Below, piece by piece: positions 9,281-20,086 of a stretch of DNA of 64,000 nt (its first letter is position 1; each line of letters opens with the position of its first letter). The DNA comes from an uncultured Clostridium sp. (GTDB lineage: Bacteria; Bacillota; Clostridia; TANB77; CAG-508), in the NCBI GenBank assembly GCA_964370905.1, contig CAYJKK010000006.1:18345-82344 (forward strand), in the 5' to 3' direction. Made by a program: the position numbers and the translations under genes. The notes under the pieces were generated by a model that saw only the letters and a program-made list of their open reading frames with translations, did no database searches and was not told the DNA's origin.

Positions 9281-10573
9281 ATGCAAAAAAATGAAGTAAA
9301 TAAAAAAGTAGCATTCATAACACTTGGTTGTAAAGTAAATCAATATGAAACAAATGCAATGATGCAAAGTTTTCAAGAATCAGGGTATGAAATTATAGAT
9401 AGCAATGAAAAATCAGATATATATATAATAAATACATGTACAGTTACAAATATGTCAGATAGAAAATCTAGACAAATGTTAAGAAAAGCAAAAGAGTTAA
9501 ATTCTAAATCTTTTGTTGTAGCTTGCGGATGTTATGCACAAGTAGCAAAAGAAGAAGTTGAGAAAATTGAAGAGATAGATTTAGTAATAGGAAATAACGA
9601 AAAAACAAAGATAGTTGAAATTATTGAAAACAATATTGCTGAAAAAGAAAATAAAATATTAGTAGAAGATTTAATGAATGAAAAAGAATTTGCAGATTTT
9701 GGGGAAGTACTTTATACAGAAAAAACAAGAGCAGTAATAAAAATTCAAGATGGATGTGATAAGTTTTGTTCATATTGCATAATACCATATGCTCGTGGTA
9801 GAGTAAGAAGTAGAAAAGCAGAAAATATTATTTCAGAAGTTACTAAAATAGCTAAAAAGGGTATACAAGAAATAGTAATTACAGGAATACACATAGCATC
9901 TTATGGAAAAGATTTTGAAGATAATTATGGATTGATAGATTTATTAGAAGAATTAAATAAAGTAGAAGGTATTCAAAGAATTAGAATAGGATCTCTAGAA
10001 CCGTTAATAATAACAGAAAAATTTGTATCAAGATTAGTAAAATTAGAAAAACTATGTCATCATTTTCATTTATCACTTCAAAGTGCATGTAATGATACAT
10101 TAAAAAGAATGAATAGAAAATATAGTATAGAAGAATTTATAAATAGAGTAGAACTTTTAAGAAAACACTATAAAGATGTAATATTAACAACAGATATAAT
10201 TGTAGGTTTCCCAGGAGAAACAGAAGAAGAATTTAACATTACATATAAAAATTTAGAAAAAATTAAATTTTATGAAATGCATGTATTTAAATATTCTCCT
10301 AGAAAAGGAACAAGAGCCGCTGTAATGCAAAATCAAATAGACGGAAATATAAAAGAAGCTAGAAGTAAGAAATTATTAGAAATGTCAAATAAGTATAAAG
10401 AAGAATACAATGAATTACTAGTAGGAAAAGAAGTCGAAATTTTAATAGAAGAATTTAAAAATGGGACGAATATAGGACATACTCAAAACTATATTAAATG
10501 TAAAATTAAAAGTGTAGAAAATTTAGAAAATAAACTTATTAAAATAAAAATAGAAAAAGATGTATTGAAATAG
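9281..10573 (+). CDS. mtaB: threonylcarbamoyladenosine tRNA methylthiotransferase MtaB (radical SAM MTTase)
   Basis: MTTase N-domain KVAFITLGCKVNQYET, radical SAM CDKFCSYC and a C-terminal TRAM domain. Its 430-aa length and N-terminus resemble B. subtilis YqeV/MtaB rather than MiaB. Confidence 0.8.
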   Translation: MQKNEVNKKVAFITLGCKVNQYETNAMMQSFQESGYEIIDSNEKSDIYIINTCTVTNMSDRKSRQMLRKAKELNSKSFVVACGCYAQVAKEEVEKIEEIDLVIGNNEKTKIVEIIENNIAEKENKILVEDLMNEKEFADFGEVLYTEKTRAVIKIQDGCDKFCSYCIIPYARGRVRSRKAENIISEVTKIAKKGIQEIVITGIHIASYGKDFEDNYGLIDLLEELNKVEGIQRIRIGSLEPLIITEKFVSRLVKLEKLCHHFHLSLQSACNDTLKRMNRKYSIEEFINRVELLRKHYKDVILTTDIIVGFPGETEEEFNITYKNLEKIKFYEMHVFKYSPRKGTRAAVMQNQIDGNIKEARSKKLLEMSNKYKEEYNELLVGKEVEILIEEFKNGTNIGHTQNYIKCKIKSVENLENKLIKIKIEKDVLK

Positions 10574-10601
10574 AGAAATTAGGATAAAATAGTAGTATAA
10601 T

Positions 10602-10638
10602 TTTTTTGTAATATAATTGTAATATAATTGTAATGAAA
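10602..10638 (+). repeat. phased (T)TTGTAAT-ATAATTGTAAT-ATAATTGTAAT array, copy 2, upstream of the 99-aa ORF
   Basis: 26-nt identity with 8045-8070. Three TTGTAAT cores spaced exactly 11 bp apart. Confidence 0.85.
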
Positions 10639-10732
10639 ACTTAATATTAAAAGATGGTAAATACATTGATTTTTTTGTAGAACTATAGTATAAATTATAT
10701 AAGAGAATTAATTACAAAGGAGGAGTTCAATT

Positions 10733-11032
10733 ATGTCAAATTTAGGTGAAGAAAAAGTAGTATCTGGAGTATTTGGAGGAGTTGAAGTAGAAACAGCAGG
10801 AACAGTTCAAGAAGCAGGAACTATTCAAAATACAGCATTACCAGTAAAAGCTGGATTTTGGAATAAATTTAAATCGTTCTGGTTACAAGAAATTGATTGG
10901 AAAAAAGAAATAAAAGTTGAATTAACACCATATCAACAAAAAGTTGAAAATGAAATCAATGAATTTTTACATCAAGATGTTACTTGGGAAAAAATAAATA
11001 AATTCTTATTCCAAGAAATAAAAATAAAATAA
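10733..11032 (+). CDS. hypothetical protein (99 aa)
   Basis: Strong RBS aaaggagga at -8. No recognisable domain. Preceded by the ATTGTAAT repeat array. Confidence 0.5.
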   Translation: MSNLGEEKVVSGVFGGVEVETAGTVQEAGTIQNTALPVKAGFWNKFKSFWLQEIDWKKEIKVELTPYQQKVENEINEFLHQDVTWEKINKFLFQEIKIK

Positions 11033-11136
11033 ATAAAAAATTAATATATTGTAATAAATATAAAATTTTAATTAAGTATAGCACTTTTAAGTAACTTGTG
11101 TTATACTTTTTTTGTGTTTTAAAAAGAAGAAAATAG

Positions 11137-12510
11137 GTGATAAATTTGGCAAAAAGTAAAACAGTATTTGTATGTAATGATTGTGGGAATGAATCAAGCA
11201 AATGGCTTGGTAAATGTCCGGCATGTAATAGTTGGAATAGTTTTTTTGAGCAAAAGATAGTAGAAAGTAAAAATAGTAGTCTAGCTAAAAAAGAATTAAA
11301 AGATATAGTTCCACAGAAATTAAGTACATATGAAGCTAAAGAAACAATCAGGATTAAAACAAGTTTTGAAGAATTAGATAGGGTATTAGGAGGAGGATTT
11401 GTAAAAGGATCATTAGTACTTTTAGGAGGAGAACCGGGAATAGGTAAATCCACATTAATACTTCAAATATGTGATAAAATATCTGGAGATGGAAATGTTT
11501 TATATGTTTCAGGAGAAGAATCAGCAGAACAAATAAAAATGAGAGCAGACAGACTAAGTATAAAAAATGATGATATTCTCTTTTTAGGAGAAACAGATAT
11601 TGATATTGTTAATCAGTCAATAATAAATTTAAATCCAAAATTAGTAATTATAGATTCAATTCAAACAATGTATTCAGAAGAAATATCAGCAGCAGCAGGT
11701 AGTGTAAGTCAAGTAAGAGAAATAACATCTCAAATAATGAAAGTATCTAAGTCAAGAGGAATTACAACAATAATAATTGGTCATGTAACAAAAGAAGGAA
11801 ATATCGCAGGACCGAGAGTATTAGAACATATGGTAGATACAGTACTATATTTAGAAGGTGAAAGGTATTTTTCATATAGGATATTAAGAGGTGTTAAAAA
11901 CAGGTTTGGTTCAACAAATGAAATAGGAATGTTTGAAATGAAAGAAGAGGGAATGACCGAGATACTTAATCCATCTGAAATACTAATTTCAGATAGAGAT
12001 GATAACCCGTCAGGTTCGTGTATAGTATCAGCATTAGAAGGAACAAGACCAATACTTGTAGAACTTCAAGCATTAACATCACAAACAGTATATCCAGTAC
12101 CAAAAAGAACAGCAAATGGGATAGACTATAACAGATTAGCACTTTTAGTTGCAGTATTAGAAAAAAAAGCAGGACTAATGGTTGGAATGCAAGATATATA
12201 TATGAATGTCGTAGGTGGACTTAAAATAAATGAGCCATCTATAGATTTAGGAATAATAATAGCTGTTGCATCAAGCTTTAGGAATATATCTATACCAAAA
12301 GATATGATAATATTAGGTGAAGTAGGATTAACTGGGGAAGTAAGGAGAATAAATCAATTAGAAAAAAGATTAAAAGAAGCAGAAAAATTAGGGTTTAAAC
12401 AATGTATTATTCCACAAAGTAATCAAAAAGACTTGAAAGACAAGTATAAATTAGATATAATAGCTATCAAGAGTGTTAAAGAAGCGATGCAGAAATTAAA
12501 ACTTAACTAA
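11137..12510 (+). CDS. radA: DNA repair protein RadA (Sms)
   Basis: Zn ribbon CNDCGNESSKWLGKCPACNSWNS, RecA-like Walker A GGEPGIGKST, KNRFG motif and a Lon-like C-domain. The start may be GTG at 11137 or TTG at 11146. Confidence 0.95.
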   Translation: MINLAKSKTVFVCNDCGNESSKWLGKCPACNSWNSFFEQKIVESKNSSLAKKELKDIVPQKLSTYEAKETIRIKTSFEELDRVLGGGFVKGSLVLLGGEPGIGKSTLILQICDKISGDGNVLYVSGEESAEQIKMRADRLSIKNDDILFLGETDIDIVNQSIINLNPKLVIIDSIQTMYSEEISAAAGSVSQVREITSQIMKVSKSRGITTIIIGHVTKEGNIAGPRVLEHMVDTVLYLEGERYFSYRILRGVKNRFGSTNEIGMFEMKEEGMTEILNPSEILISDRDDNPSGSCIVSALEGTRPILVELQALTSQTVYPVPKRTANGIDYNRLALLVAVLEKKAGLMVGMQDIYMNVVGGLKINEPSIDLGIIIAVASSFRNISIPKDMIILGEVGLTGEVRRINQLEKRLKEAEKLGFKQCIIPQSNQKDLKDKYKLDIIAIKSVKEAMQKLKLN

Positions 12511-12531
12511 TTATATAAGGAGGGAACAATT

Positions 12532-13611
12532 TTGCAAAAGGAAAAACAACAAAATATTACTAATATATTAAAACTAATTTCTCCAGGTACACCAATTAGA
12601 GATGGATTAGAAAATATATTAAGAGCAAAAACAGGAGCCTTATTGTTAATATCAGATAAAGCAGATATTATAAAAGAAGTAGTTGATGGAGGATTTTACA
12701 TAAATGAAGATTATACATCAGCTAAAATATATGAATTAGCTAAAATGGATGGTGCAATAGTTTTAAGTGGAGACTTTAAAAAAATCCTATATGCTAATGC
12801 ACAGTTAGTACCATTAAATACTGTATCTACAATGGAAACTGGAACAAGACATAGAACAGCAGAAAGAGTAGCAAAACAAACTGGAGAACTTGTAATTAGT
12901 ATTTCACAAAGAAGAAATATAATAACAGTTTTTAAAGGAGATGACAGATACATTTTAGAAGATACAGATGTTGTACTAAATCAAGCAAATCAAGCAATTC
13001 AAACATTGGAAAGATATAAAAAAGTATTTGATAATAAATTAAATATATTAAATGAATATGAATTTAATGATATAGTAACACTTAAAAATGTACTTATTTC
13101 AATACAAAGAGCAGAAATGGTAACTAGAATTTCAGAAGAAATAAAAGATCAAATATATGAACTTGGAAATGTTGGTAGGCTTGTAGATATGCAATTAATA
13201 GAACTTATGGGAGATTTGGAAAATGAAAAAACACTTATAATAAAAGACTATATGTTACCTACAAGAAAGAGAAAAACAGCTGAAAAAATAGTAGAGGAAT
13301 TAAATGATTTATCATATGAAGAATTATTAATTGAAACAAATATAGCAAAAATTTTAGGATATGAAAAATTTGATAATTATGATGAAGTTGCAGTATATAC
13401 AAAAGGTTATAGAATTTTGAATAAAGTACCTAGAATGCCATCAAATATTGTAGAAAACTTAATTGATACATTTAAATCATTCCAACATATATTAGCAGCA
13501 GATATTGAAATGTTAGATGATGTCGAAGGAATAGGAGAAGTAAGAGCAAGAACAATTAAGCAATCATTAAAAAGAATGCAAGAACAATTTGTTTTTGATA
13601 ATATTTTTTAG
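12532..13611 (+). CDS. disA: DNA integrity scanning protein DisA (diadenylate cyclase)
   Basis: TTG start with RBS aaggaggg. DAC domain (DGA..., RHRTA-like GTRHRTAER). C-terminal HhH domain. Conserved radA-disA synteny. Confidence 0.95.
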   Translation: MQKEKQQNITNILKLISPGTPIRDGLENILRAKTGALLLISDKADIIKEVVDGGFYINEDYTSAKIYELAKMDGAIVLSGDFKKILYANAQLVPLNTVSTMETGTRHRTAERVAKQTGELVISISQRRNIITVFKGDDRYILEDTDVVLNQANQAIQTLERYKKVFDNKLNILNEYEFNDIVTLKNVLISIQRAEMVTRISEEIKDQIYELGNVGRLVDMQLIELMGDLENEKTLIIKDYMLPTRKRKTAEKIVEELNDLSYEELLIETNIAKILGYEKFDNYDEVAVYTKGYRILNKVPRMPSNIVENLIDTFKSFQHILAADIEMLDDVEGIGEVRARTIKQSLKRMQEQFVFDNIF

Positions 13612-13686
13612 TAACTAAAAAGATTAAAAAATAAAATGAAAATAAAATAAAAAGTAAAATAAAAAACATAAGAAAGAGGAAAAAAG

Positions 13687-14511
13687 ATGAAAAAGAAAAA
13701 TGAAAAAAGTATAATATTATGGGTAATAGCACTAATTGTATTAGTTGTATTAGTAGGGTTAATAATTTTTGGATACGTTAAAAATGCTACAATGGAAGTT
13801 AAAAACCCAATAGTAACAATGGAAATTCAAGATTATGGGACTGTTAAAATGGAATTATATCCAGAAATAGCACCAGAATCAGTTGCAAATTTTGTTAATT
13901 TAGTAAATCAAGGATATTATAATGGACTTACATTCCACAGAATTGTAAAAGATTTTATGATTCAAGGTGGAGATAAATTAGGTGATGGAACAGGAACAGT
14001 AACTCATGGTGATATAAAAGGGACTGAAGATGAAACAGTATATAGTATAAAAGGTGAATTTATTGCAAATGGATTTGATAACAACCTAAAATTTGAAGAA
14101 GGAATTTTAGGAATGGCTAGAAGTGACTATACTCAAAGCTCAAGTGAATTAACAGAAGAATCATATAATTCAGGAGGTTCACAATTCTTTATAACAACAG
14201 AAAAAAGTAATTCATTAAATGGATACTATACAGCCTTTGGAAAAGTTACAGAAGGAATGGATATAATTAATAAAATAGAAGAAGTTGAAGTAACATATCC
14301 AGCTTCAGCAGTAACAGTTGCAGAAGATGGAACAGAAACAATTGACGAAACAGCAGAAGTAAGTACACCAGTAACAGATATAGTAATAACTAGTATAACA
14401 GTAGATACATTTGGAATAAATTATGAATTACCAAATTTATTAGAAGCTTTTGACTATATGACATGGTTATATGCTCAATATGGATTAGACCCTAATTCGA
14501 TATCATACTAA
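13687..14511 (+). CDS. peptidyl-prolyl cis-trans isomerase, cyclophilin type, N-terminally membrane-anchored
   Basis: N-terminal TM helix followed by FHRIVKDFMIQGGD and the cyclophilin core. Contains an unusual acidic insertion and extra C-terminal region. Confidence 0.85.
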   Translation: MKKKNEKSIILWVIALIVLVVLVGLIIFGYVKNATMEVKNPIVTMEIQDYGTVKMELYPEIAPESVANFVNLVNQGYYNGLTFHRIVKDFMIQGGDKLGDGTGTVTHGDIKGTEDETVYSIKGEFIANGFDNNLKFEEGILGMARSDYTQSSSELTEESYNSGGSQFFITTEKSNSLNGYYTAFGKVTEGMDIINKIEEVEVTYPASAVTVAEDGTETIDETAEVSTPVTDIVITSITVDTFGINYELPNLLEAFDYMTWLYAQYGLDPNSISY

Positions 14512-14856
14512 AATACGAATAAATAAGTTTAATATTAAATTAAAAGTTTAGAAAGAAGAATACGGCTAAATTAAGTTAGTAGTATTCTTTTTTTATATAA
14601 AAATGGTTTATTAAAACAGAAATAAGCAAGAAATAAGTAAGATTTAAGTAAGATGATTTATAATAAGATTAATAAATAGATCATAAAAAAGTTTGACGTA
14701 TCTAAAAAGTATTGAAAGTAACTAATTTTAAAACCAATAAAACTTGTAATTTTATACGAAAAATGATATAGTAAAATAGTCAAATAGGACTAAAAAGTAA
14801 AAAATGGAATAGAGATAAAATAGAAATATATAAAATATATTAAGGAGATTTAGTTT

Positions 14857-15804
14857 GTGAATATAGAGATGCAAATAAAAAAATCTAAAATAAAAATAGA
14901 TGAAAATAGAATAAAATATGATGAAGAATTTAAAAAATATACAAGCTTTAAAATAGGCGGAAAAGCAGATTGCTTAATAAAAGTAGAAACAGAAAAAGAA
15001 TTGTTAGATATTTTAGATTTTGTAAAAGAAAATAAAATAGAATTAACAGTACTTGGAAATTGTACAAATGTATTAATATCAGATAAAGGAATAAGAGGAA
15101 TAACACTATTTATAAATTTTGATAAAATTGAAAAAAAAGAAAAAAAGGAAATAGAAGAAAAAAATAAGGAAAAAGAAGAAATAGAATATACATTAGGAGC
15201 TGGAGTTAAAATTGGATTATTAAGTAGAATGCTTTTAAAAGAAAGTATAGCAGGATTTGAAGAATTAGCAGGAATACCAGGAACTATAGCAGGAGCAGTT
15301 GTTATGAATGCAGGAGCACACGGAAAAGAAATATGTGATATAATTAAAACTGTAAAATGTATGGACTATGATGGAAATATACATATATTTAAAAAAGAGG
15401 AACTTGAATTTTCATATAGAAATAGTCGATTTAAAAGTGAAAAATATATAATATTAGAAGTTGATATATGCCTTGAAAAAGGAAATTATGAGCAAATAGA
15501 AAATAAAATGAAAGAATATATGTTATATAGAAAAGAAAAACAGCCAATAGAATTTTCAAGTGCAGGAAGTACATTTAAAAGAGGAAATGACTACATAACA
15601 GCTAAACTAATAGATGAAGTAGGACTTAAAGGCTTAAAAATAGGTGGAGCAGAAGTATCTAATAAACATGCAGGATTTATAATAAACACTGGAGATGCAA
15701 CTTTTGGAGATGTCGTAAAATTAATAGAAAAAGTAAAAGAAGTGGTATATAATAAAACTAATAAAAAAATAGAATTAGAAATAGAAATAATTGGAGAAAT
15801 ATAA
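14857..15804 (+). CDS. murB: UDP-N-acetylenolpyruvoylglucosamine reductase
   Basis: FAD-binding FKIGGKADCLIKVETEKELLDIL. MurB C-terminal domain with SNKHAGFIIN. GTG start with RBS aaggag 9 nt upstream. Contains a Lys/Glu-rich insertion (KKEKKEIEEKNKEKEE). Confidence 0.9.
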   Translation: MNIEMQIKKSKIKIDENRIKYDEEFKKYTSFKIGGKADCLIKVETEKELLDILDFVKENKIELTVLGNCTNVLISDKGIRGITLFINFDKIEKKEKKEIEEKNKEKEEIEYTLGAGVKIGLLSRMLLKESIAGFEELAGIPGTIAGAVVMNAGAHGKEICDIIKTVKCMDYDGNIHIFKKEELEFSYRNSRFKSEKYIILEVDICLEKGNYEQIENKMKEYMLYRKEKQPIEFSSAGSTFKRGNDYITAKLIDEVGLKGLKIGGAEVSNKHAGFIINTGDATFGDVVKLIEKVKEVVYNKTNKKIELEIEIIGEI

Positions 15805-15829
15805 GAGTTTTTAAGGAGGAGTTTATAAA

Positions 15830-17479
15830 ATGAAAGGTATAATAGAATGGTTTAAGCCAAAAGCAAAAATGAAAAGGTGGATGTTATTAACACTTATAGG
15901 AATAGTGTTAGTATGTTATAGTATTGCACAAATATTAGTACTTACTGAAATTTCATTTCAAACAGTAGGAGTAGTAATATTAACATTTGTACTTGGATTT
16001 AGTAGTACAATATTAGGACTAGTATCAATAAATAAAAGAACATTAGAAATAATGGTAGAATCAACAGATGATAGAATGAAAAATAAAAAAAATATAAATT
16101 TAAATTCATTAATATTTGATAAAACAGTATATAATCAAGGGCCAAATATTGTAGTTATTGGTGGAGGTACAGGATTAAATACTGTAGTATCAGGATTAAA
16201 AGAATATACAGATAATATAACGGCAATAGTAGAAATGTCAGAATACGGAAAAGTACCATCAGATTCTAGGAGAGAACTAGGAGTGCTTCCACTTGAAGAT
16301 GTAAAAGATAGTTTAATAGCTCTTTCAAGTGCAGATAGTCAAATGAGTAAACTATTTAATCATAAATTTGCAACAGGAAAATTAAGAGGATATAATTTTT
16401 CAGATATATATTTTGCAGCAATGAGAGATATACATGGGAAATTAGAAGATTCAATAATAAAAAGTAATGAAATATTAAATGTTATAGGTAAAGTAATACC
16501 AGTAACGTTAGAAGAAATGACAATAGTTGCAGAACTTGCAAATGGATATACAGTAGAAGAAAAAGCAAGAATACCAGAAGTTGTAACAGATAAATTAACT
16601 AAAATAAACAGAATATATTTAAATCCATCAAATTGTAAAGTTACTCCAGGAGTTGTAGAAGCTATAAAAAATGCAGATGCAATAATAATAGGGCCAGGAA
16701 GCTTATACACAAATGTAATTCCAAATTTACTTGTAAATGGAGTTGTAAAAGCGATAAAAGAAAGTGCAGCAATTAAGGTATATATTAATAACATTATGAC
16801 AGAAAGTGGACAAACAGATGACTATACAGTATCAGACCATTTAAATGCAATAATTGAACATTGTGGAAGTGGAATAATAGATTACTGTATTTATGATACT
16901 GGAGAAGTCGTTCCAGAATTTGTTAAAAAATATAATCTAGAAGGACAAGACTTAGTAGATCAAGATATAGATAAAATTAAAGGAATAAAATTCTTACAAA
17001 GAAATTTATCGGTAGTAGTTAATGATGCAGTAAGACATGATTCGGGATTAGTTGCAGCATCAGTTATAGAATTAATTTGTGATGATTTAAAATATCAAGA
17101 TAAACAAAATGATCCACAATATATGATGTTAAATAGTAAATTAAGTGCAGAAAAACAAATACATAAAATTAAGAAAAATATGGCTAAAAAAGAAAAAAGA
17201 AAAGAAAAAGGAAAATTAGATAATACTAAAAAAGGTAGAAGTAAATTCATATCAAAATATAGTGAGCGTATAGATTCAATAAAAAAAGCAGACGAAAAAG
17301 CTAAAAGAAAACAAGGTAATAAGAATGTAAAAAATACAAAAATAGATAAAAAGCAAAATAAAATAAATAATGAAGCAGCAAAACCAGAAAAACCACAAAG
17401 ACCTAAAAGTGCAAGAGGAAAAAGAACTCACGAAGAAATACGAGAAGATATGATGAAAAAGCTAGATGGTTTAAAATAA
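15830..17479 (+). CDS. YvcK/CofD-like (gluconeogenesis factor family) protein with N-terminal TM segment and Lys-rich C-terminal tail
   Basis: Core VVIGGGTGLNTVVSGLKEY...IIIGPGSLYTNVIPNLLV matches UPF0052/YvcK. It is preceded by about 100 aa carrying two TM helices and followed by a tail of about 120 aa rich in lysine (KKEKRKEKGKLDNTKKGRSK...). Confidence 0.8.
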   Translation: MKGIIEWFKPKAKMKRWMLLTLIGIVLVCYSIAQILVLTEISFQTVGVVILTFVLGFSSTILGLVSINKRTLEIMVESTDDRMKNKKNINLNSLIFDKTVYNQGPNIVVIGGGTGLNTVVSGLKEYTDNITAIVEMSEYGKVPSDSRRELGVLPLEDVKDSLIALSSADSQMSKLFNHKFATGKLRGYNFSDIYFAAMRDIHGKLEDSIIKSNEILNVIGKVIPVTLEEMTIVAELANGYTVEEKARIPEVVTDKLTKINRIYLNPSNCKVTPGVVEAIKNADAIIIGPGSLYTNVIPNLLVNGVVKAIKESAAIKVYINNIMTESGQTDDYTVSDHLNAIIEHCGSGIIDYCIYDTGEVVPEFVKKYNLEGQDLVDQDIDKIKGIKFLQRNLSVVVNDAVRHDSGLVAASVIELICDDLKYQDKQNDPQYMMLNSKLSAEKQIHKIKKNMAKKEKRKEKGKLDNTKKGRSKFISKYSERIDSIKKADEKAKRKQGNKNVKNTKIDKKQNKINNEAAKPEKPQRPKSARGKRTHEEIREDMMKKLDGLK

Positions 17480-17503
17480 AATTTAAGTCGAAGAGGTAAA
17501 AAT

Positions 17504-19567
17504 ATGAAAGTAACAAAGGAAAAATTAAATTTAGAAAATGGATTAGATAAAGAATGGCTAATTACAAATGGTATAGGAGGATATAGTTCTTCTACAATAT
17601 TAGGTGCAAATACAAGAAGATATCATGGTCTTTTAGTAGCAGCATTAAATCCACCAGGTAGCAGAGTTTTAGTATTATCCAAACTAGATGAAAGCTTAGA
17701 AATAGAAGGTAAAAGTCATAACCTATACACAAATATATGTAAAGATAATATTTCGGATGGATATAAATACCAAGAAAAGTTTGAGAGAAATTATGTACCA
17801 ATTTTAAAATATAAAGTTGGTACAACTCAAATTATTAAAATGATATGTTTAGAACATGAGCATAACTCAGTTGGTATATATTATCATATAAAAAATGGAA
17901 ATAAAAAAGCTAAACTAACACTTGCACCAGTAATAAATAATAGAGATTTCCATAGTTTATCAACAAATTATGACTTTAATATAAGTCAAGAAATTGTGTA
18001 TAATAAAGTTAAAATGATAGTAAATGAAAATGTAAATATACCAATATATATGAATTGTTCAGAAGGAAATTACATAAAACACGATAAAGATATATTTAAA
18101 GATATGTTTTATATAGAAGAAGAAAAAAGAGGATTTGTTGCTAACGAAAACTTAGTTGTTCCAGGTAGATATGAAATAGAAATTAATACAAATGAGGAAA
18201 AAGAAATATCATTTGTTTGTAGCTTAGAAGATAACATAGAAGATAAAAATGTAAAAAAATTCATATCAAATGAAATTAAAAGAGTAGAAGAAATTTTTGA
18301 AAAATCTAAATTAATAACTAATATTGAAGAAACAGAGACTAAAACAAAAAAAGAAGAACAAGCAAAAAATAAAATAATAGAGCAAAATGATATAATAAGA
18401 ACATACCTATTAGCAGCAGATAACTTTATAGTAAAAAGAAAAAATTATAATTTAACATCAATAATAGCAGGATATCACTGGTTTTTAGATTGGGGAAGAG
18501 ATACAATTACATCATTTGAAGGATTAGTATTAATACCAAAAAGGTTTCCAGAAGCAAGAGAAATATTACAGCTATTAATTAAAGACATACAATACGGATT
18601 AATTCCAAATGGATATTCAGAGTATACAAATGAGCCATTATATAATAGTGCGGATTCGTCACTACTTTTATTTGAAGCAGTACAAAGATATATTGACTAT
18701 ACAGGAGACTATAAATTTATAAAACAAAAAATATTTCATAGGCTAGAAGAAATAATAGAATATTATGAAAAAAGTATAGATTATGATGATAATAATATAT
18801 TTATTGATGAAGATGGATTAGTTTCAACTGGTTCACAAAATACTCAAAACACATGGATGGATGCAAAATTTAATGGTAAAGCAGTAACTCCAAGAAATGG
18901 TAAAGTTGTAGGAATAAATGCACTTTGGTATAGTGCAAATAAAATGATGGAACAACTTACACTTAGAATAGGTGATGTTTTAAAAATAAATAAATATAAG
19001 AAAAATGCAGAAAAGTGTAGAGAATCATTTATAAAAAGTTTCTATAATGAAAAAACTAAATGTTTGAAAGATCTAGTAACAGATGAAAAAATAAGACCAA
19101 ACCAGTTATTAGCACTTTCTACTACATATCCTGTTATAGATCCTATTTCAGGAATAGCAAGTAATATTATGAATGTAGTTGAAAAAAAATTATTGAATTC
19201 ATATGGATTAAAAACTCTTGCAAAAGGTGAAAAAAATTATATAGAAATATATGAAGGTTCACCAGAAAAAAGAGATCATAGTTACCATCAAGGAATTACA
19301 TGGCCATTTTTATTAGGACTATACTATAATGCACAAAAAAATATGGTTAAATTTCAAATTGATGAAACAAGAAAACAAGAAGAACAAAAAAAATTAGATA
19401 AATTTATAACAAAAGTAGAAAAAAGTTTTAAAAATGAAATATACAATGTTGGTTGTATAGGAAGTATTGCAGAGCTATATGACTCTGTACCACCACACTT
19501 ACCTAAAGGAACAGTAGCTCAAGGTTGGAGTGTAGCAGAAACTTTTAGAATAATAACAAGAAGTTAG
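17504..19567 (+). CDS. amylo-alpha-1,6-glucosidase / glycogen debranching enzyme (archaeal-type GDE)
   Basis: N-domain WLITNGIGGYSSSTILGANTRRYHGLLVAAL and a C-terminal six-hairpin glycosidase region (GYHWFLDWGRDT) are typical of Glycogen_debranch_N + GDE_C proteins. Confidence 0.75.
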   Translation: MKVTKEKLNLENGLDKEWLITNGIGGYSSSTILGANTRRYHGLLVAALNPPGSRVLVLSKLDESLEIEGKSHNLYTNICKDNISDGYKYQEKFERNYVPILKYKVGTTQIIKMICLEHEHNSVGIYYHIKNGNKKAKLTLAPVINNRDFHSLSTNYDFNISQEIVYNKVKMIVNENVNIPIYMNCSEGNYIKHDKDIFKDMFYIEEEKRGFVANENLVVPGRYEIEINTNEEKEISFVCSLEDNIEDKNVKKFISNEIKRVEEIFEKSKLITNIEETETKTKKEEQAKNKIIEQNDIIRTYLLAADNFIVKRKNYNLTSIIAGYHWFLDWGRDTITSFEGLVLIPKRFPEAREILQLLIKDIQYGLIPNGYSEYTNEPLYNSADSSLLLFEAVQRYIDYTGDYKFIKQKIFHRLEEIIEYYEKSIDYDDNNIFIDEDGLVSTGSQNTQNTWMDAKFNGKAVTPRNGKVVGINALWYSANKMMEQLTLRIGDVLKINKYKKNAEKCRESFIKSFYNEKTKCLKDLVTDEKIRPNQLLALSTTYPVIDPISGIASNIMNVVEKKLLNSYGLKTLAKGEKNYIEIYEGSPEKRDHSYHQGITWPFLLGLYYNAQKNMVKFQIDETRKQEEQKKLDKFITKVEKSFKNEIYNVGCIGSIAELYDSVPPHLPKGTVAQGWSVAETFRIITRS

Positions 19568-19587
19568 AAAAGGAAAAAGAGATACAT

Positions 19588-20073
19588 ATGAAAATATTAG
19601 GAATAGACCCAGGGTTTGCAATTGTTGGATATAGTGTAATTGAATATATAGGAAATAAATTTACATTAATAACATCAGGAGCAATTTTAACAGAAGCAAA
19701 AGAATCTTTCCCACTTAGATTAGAAAAGATTCATAATGAACTAAAAGAAATAATAGAAACATATAAACCAGATGTAATGTCAATAGAAGAACTATTTTTT
19801 AACAACAATGCAAAAACAGCAATAAATGTAGCTCAAGCAAGAGGTGTACTTTTAATGACAGCAAGAATATATAAAGTAGAAACATACGAATATACACCAC
19901 TACAAATAAAGCAAGCTGTAGTAGGTTATGGTAGAGCAGATAAAATGCAAGTTCAAAGAATGATTAAAATGATATTAAAAACAGAAAACTTACCAAAATT
20001 AGATGATATAACAGATAGTATGGGAGCTGCGATTTGTCATGCACATTCAGCAAAATTTGCAGTAAAACTATAG
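19588..20073 (+). CDS. ruvC: crossover junction endodeoxyribonuclease RuvC
   Basis: MKILGIDPGFAIVGYSV. RNase H-like fold, 161 aa. Confidence 0.95.
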   Translation: MKILGIDPGFAIVGYSVIEYIGNKFTLITSGAILTEAKESFPLRLEKIHNELKEIIETYKPDVMSIEELFFNNNAKTAINVAQARGVLLMTARIYKVETYEYTPLQIKQAVVGYGRADKMQVQRMIKMILKTENLPKLDDITDSMGAAICHAHSAKFAVKL

Positions 20074-20086
20074 GAAAGAAGAAAAA

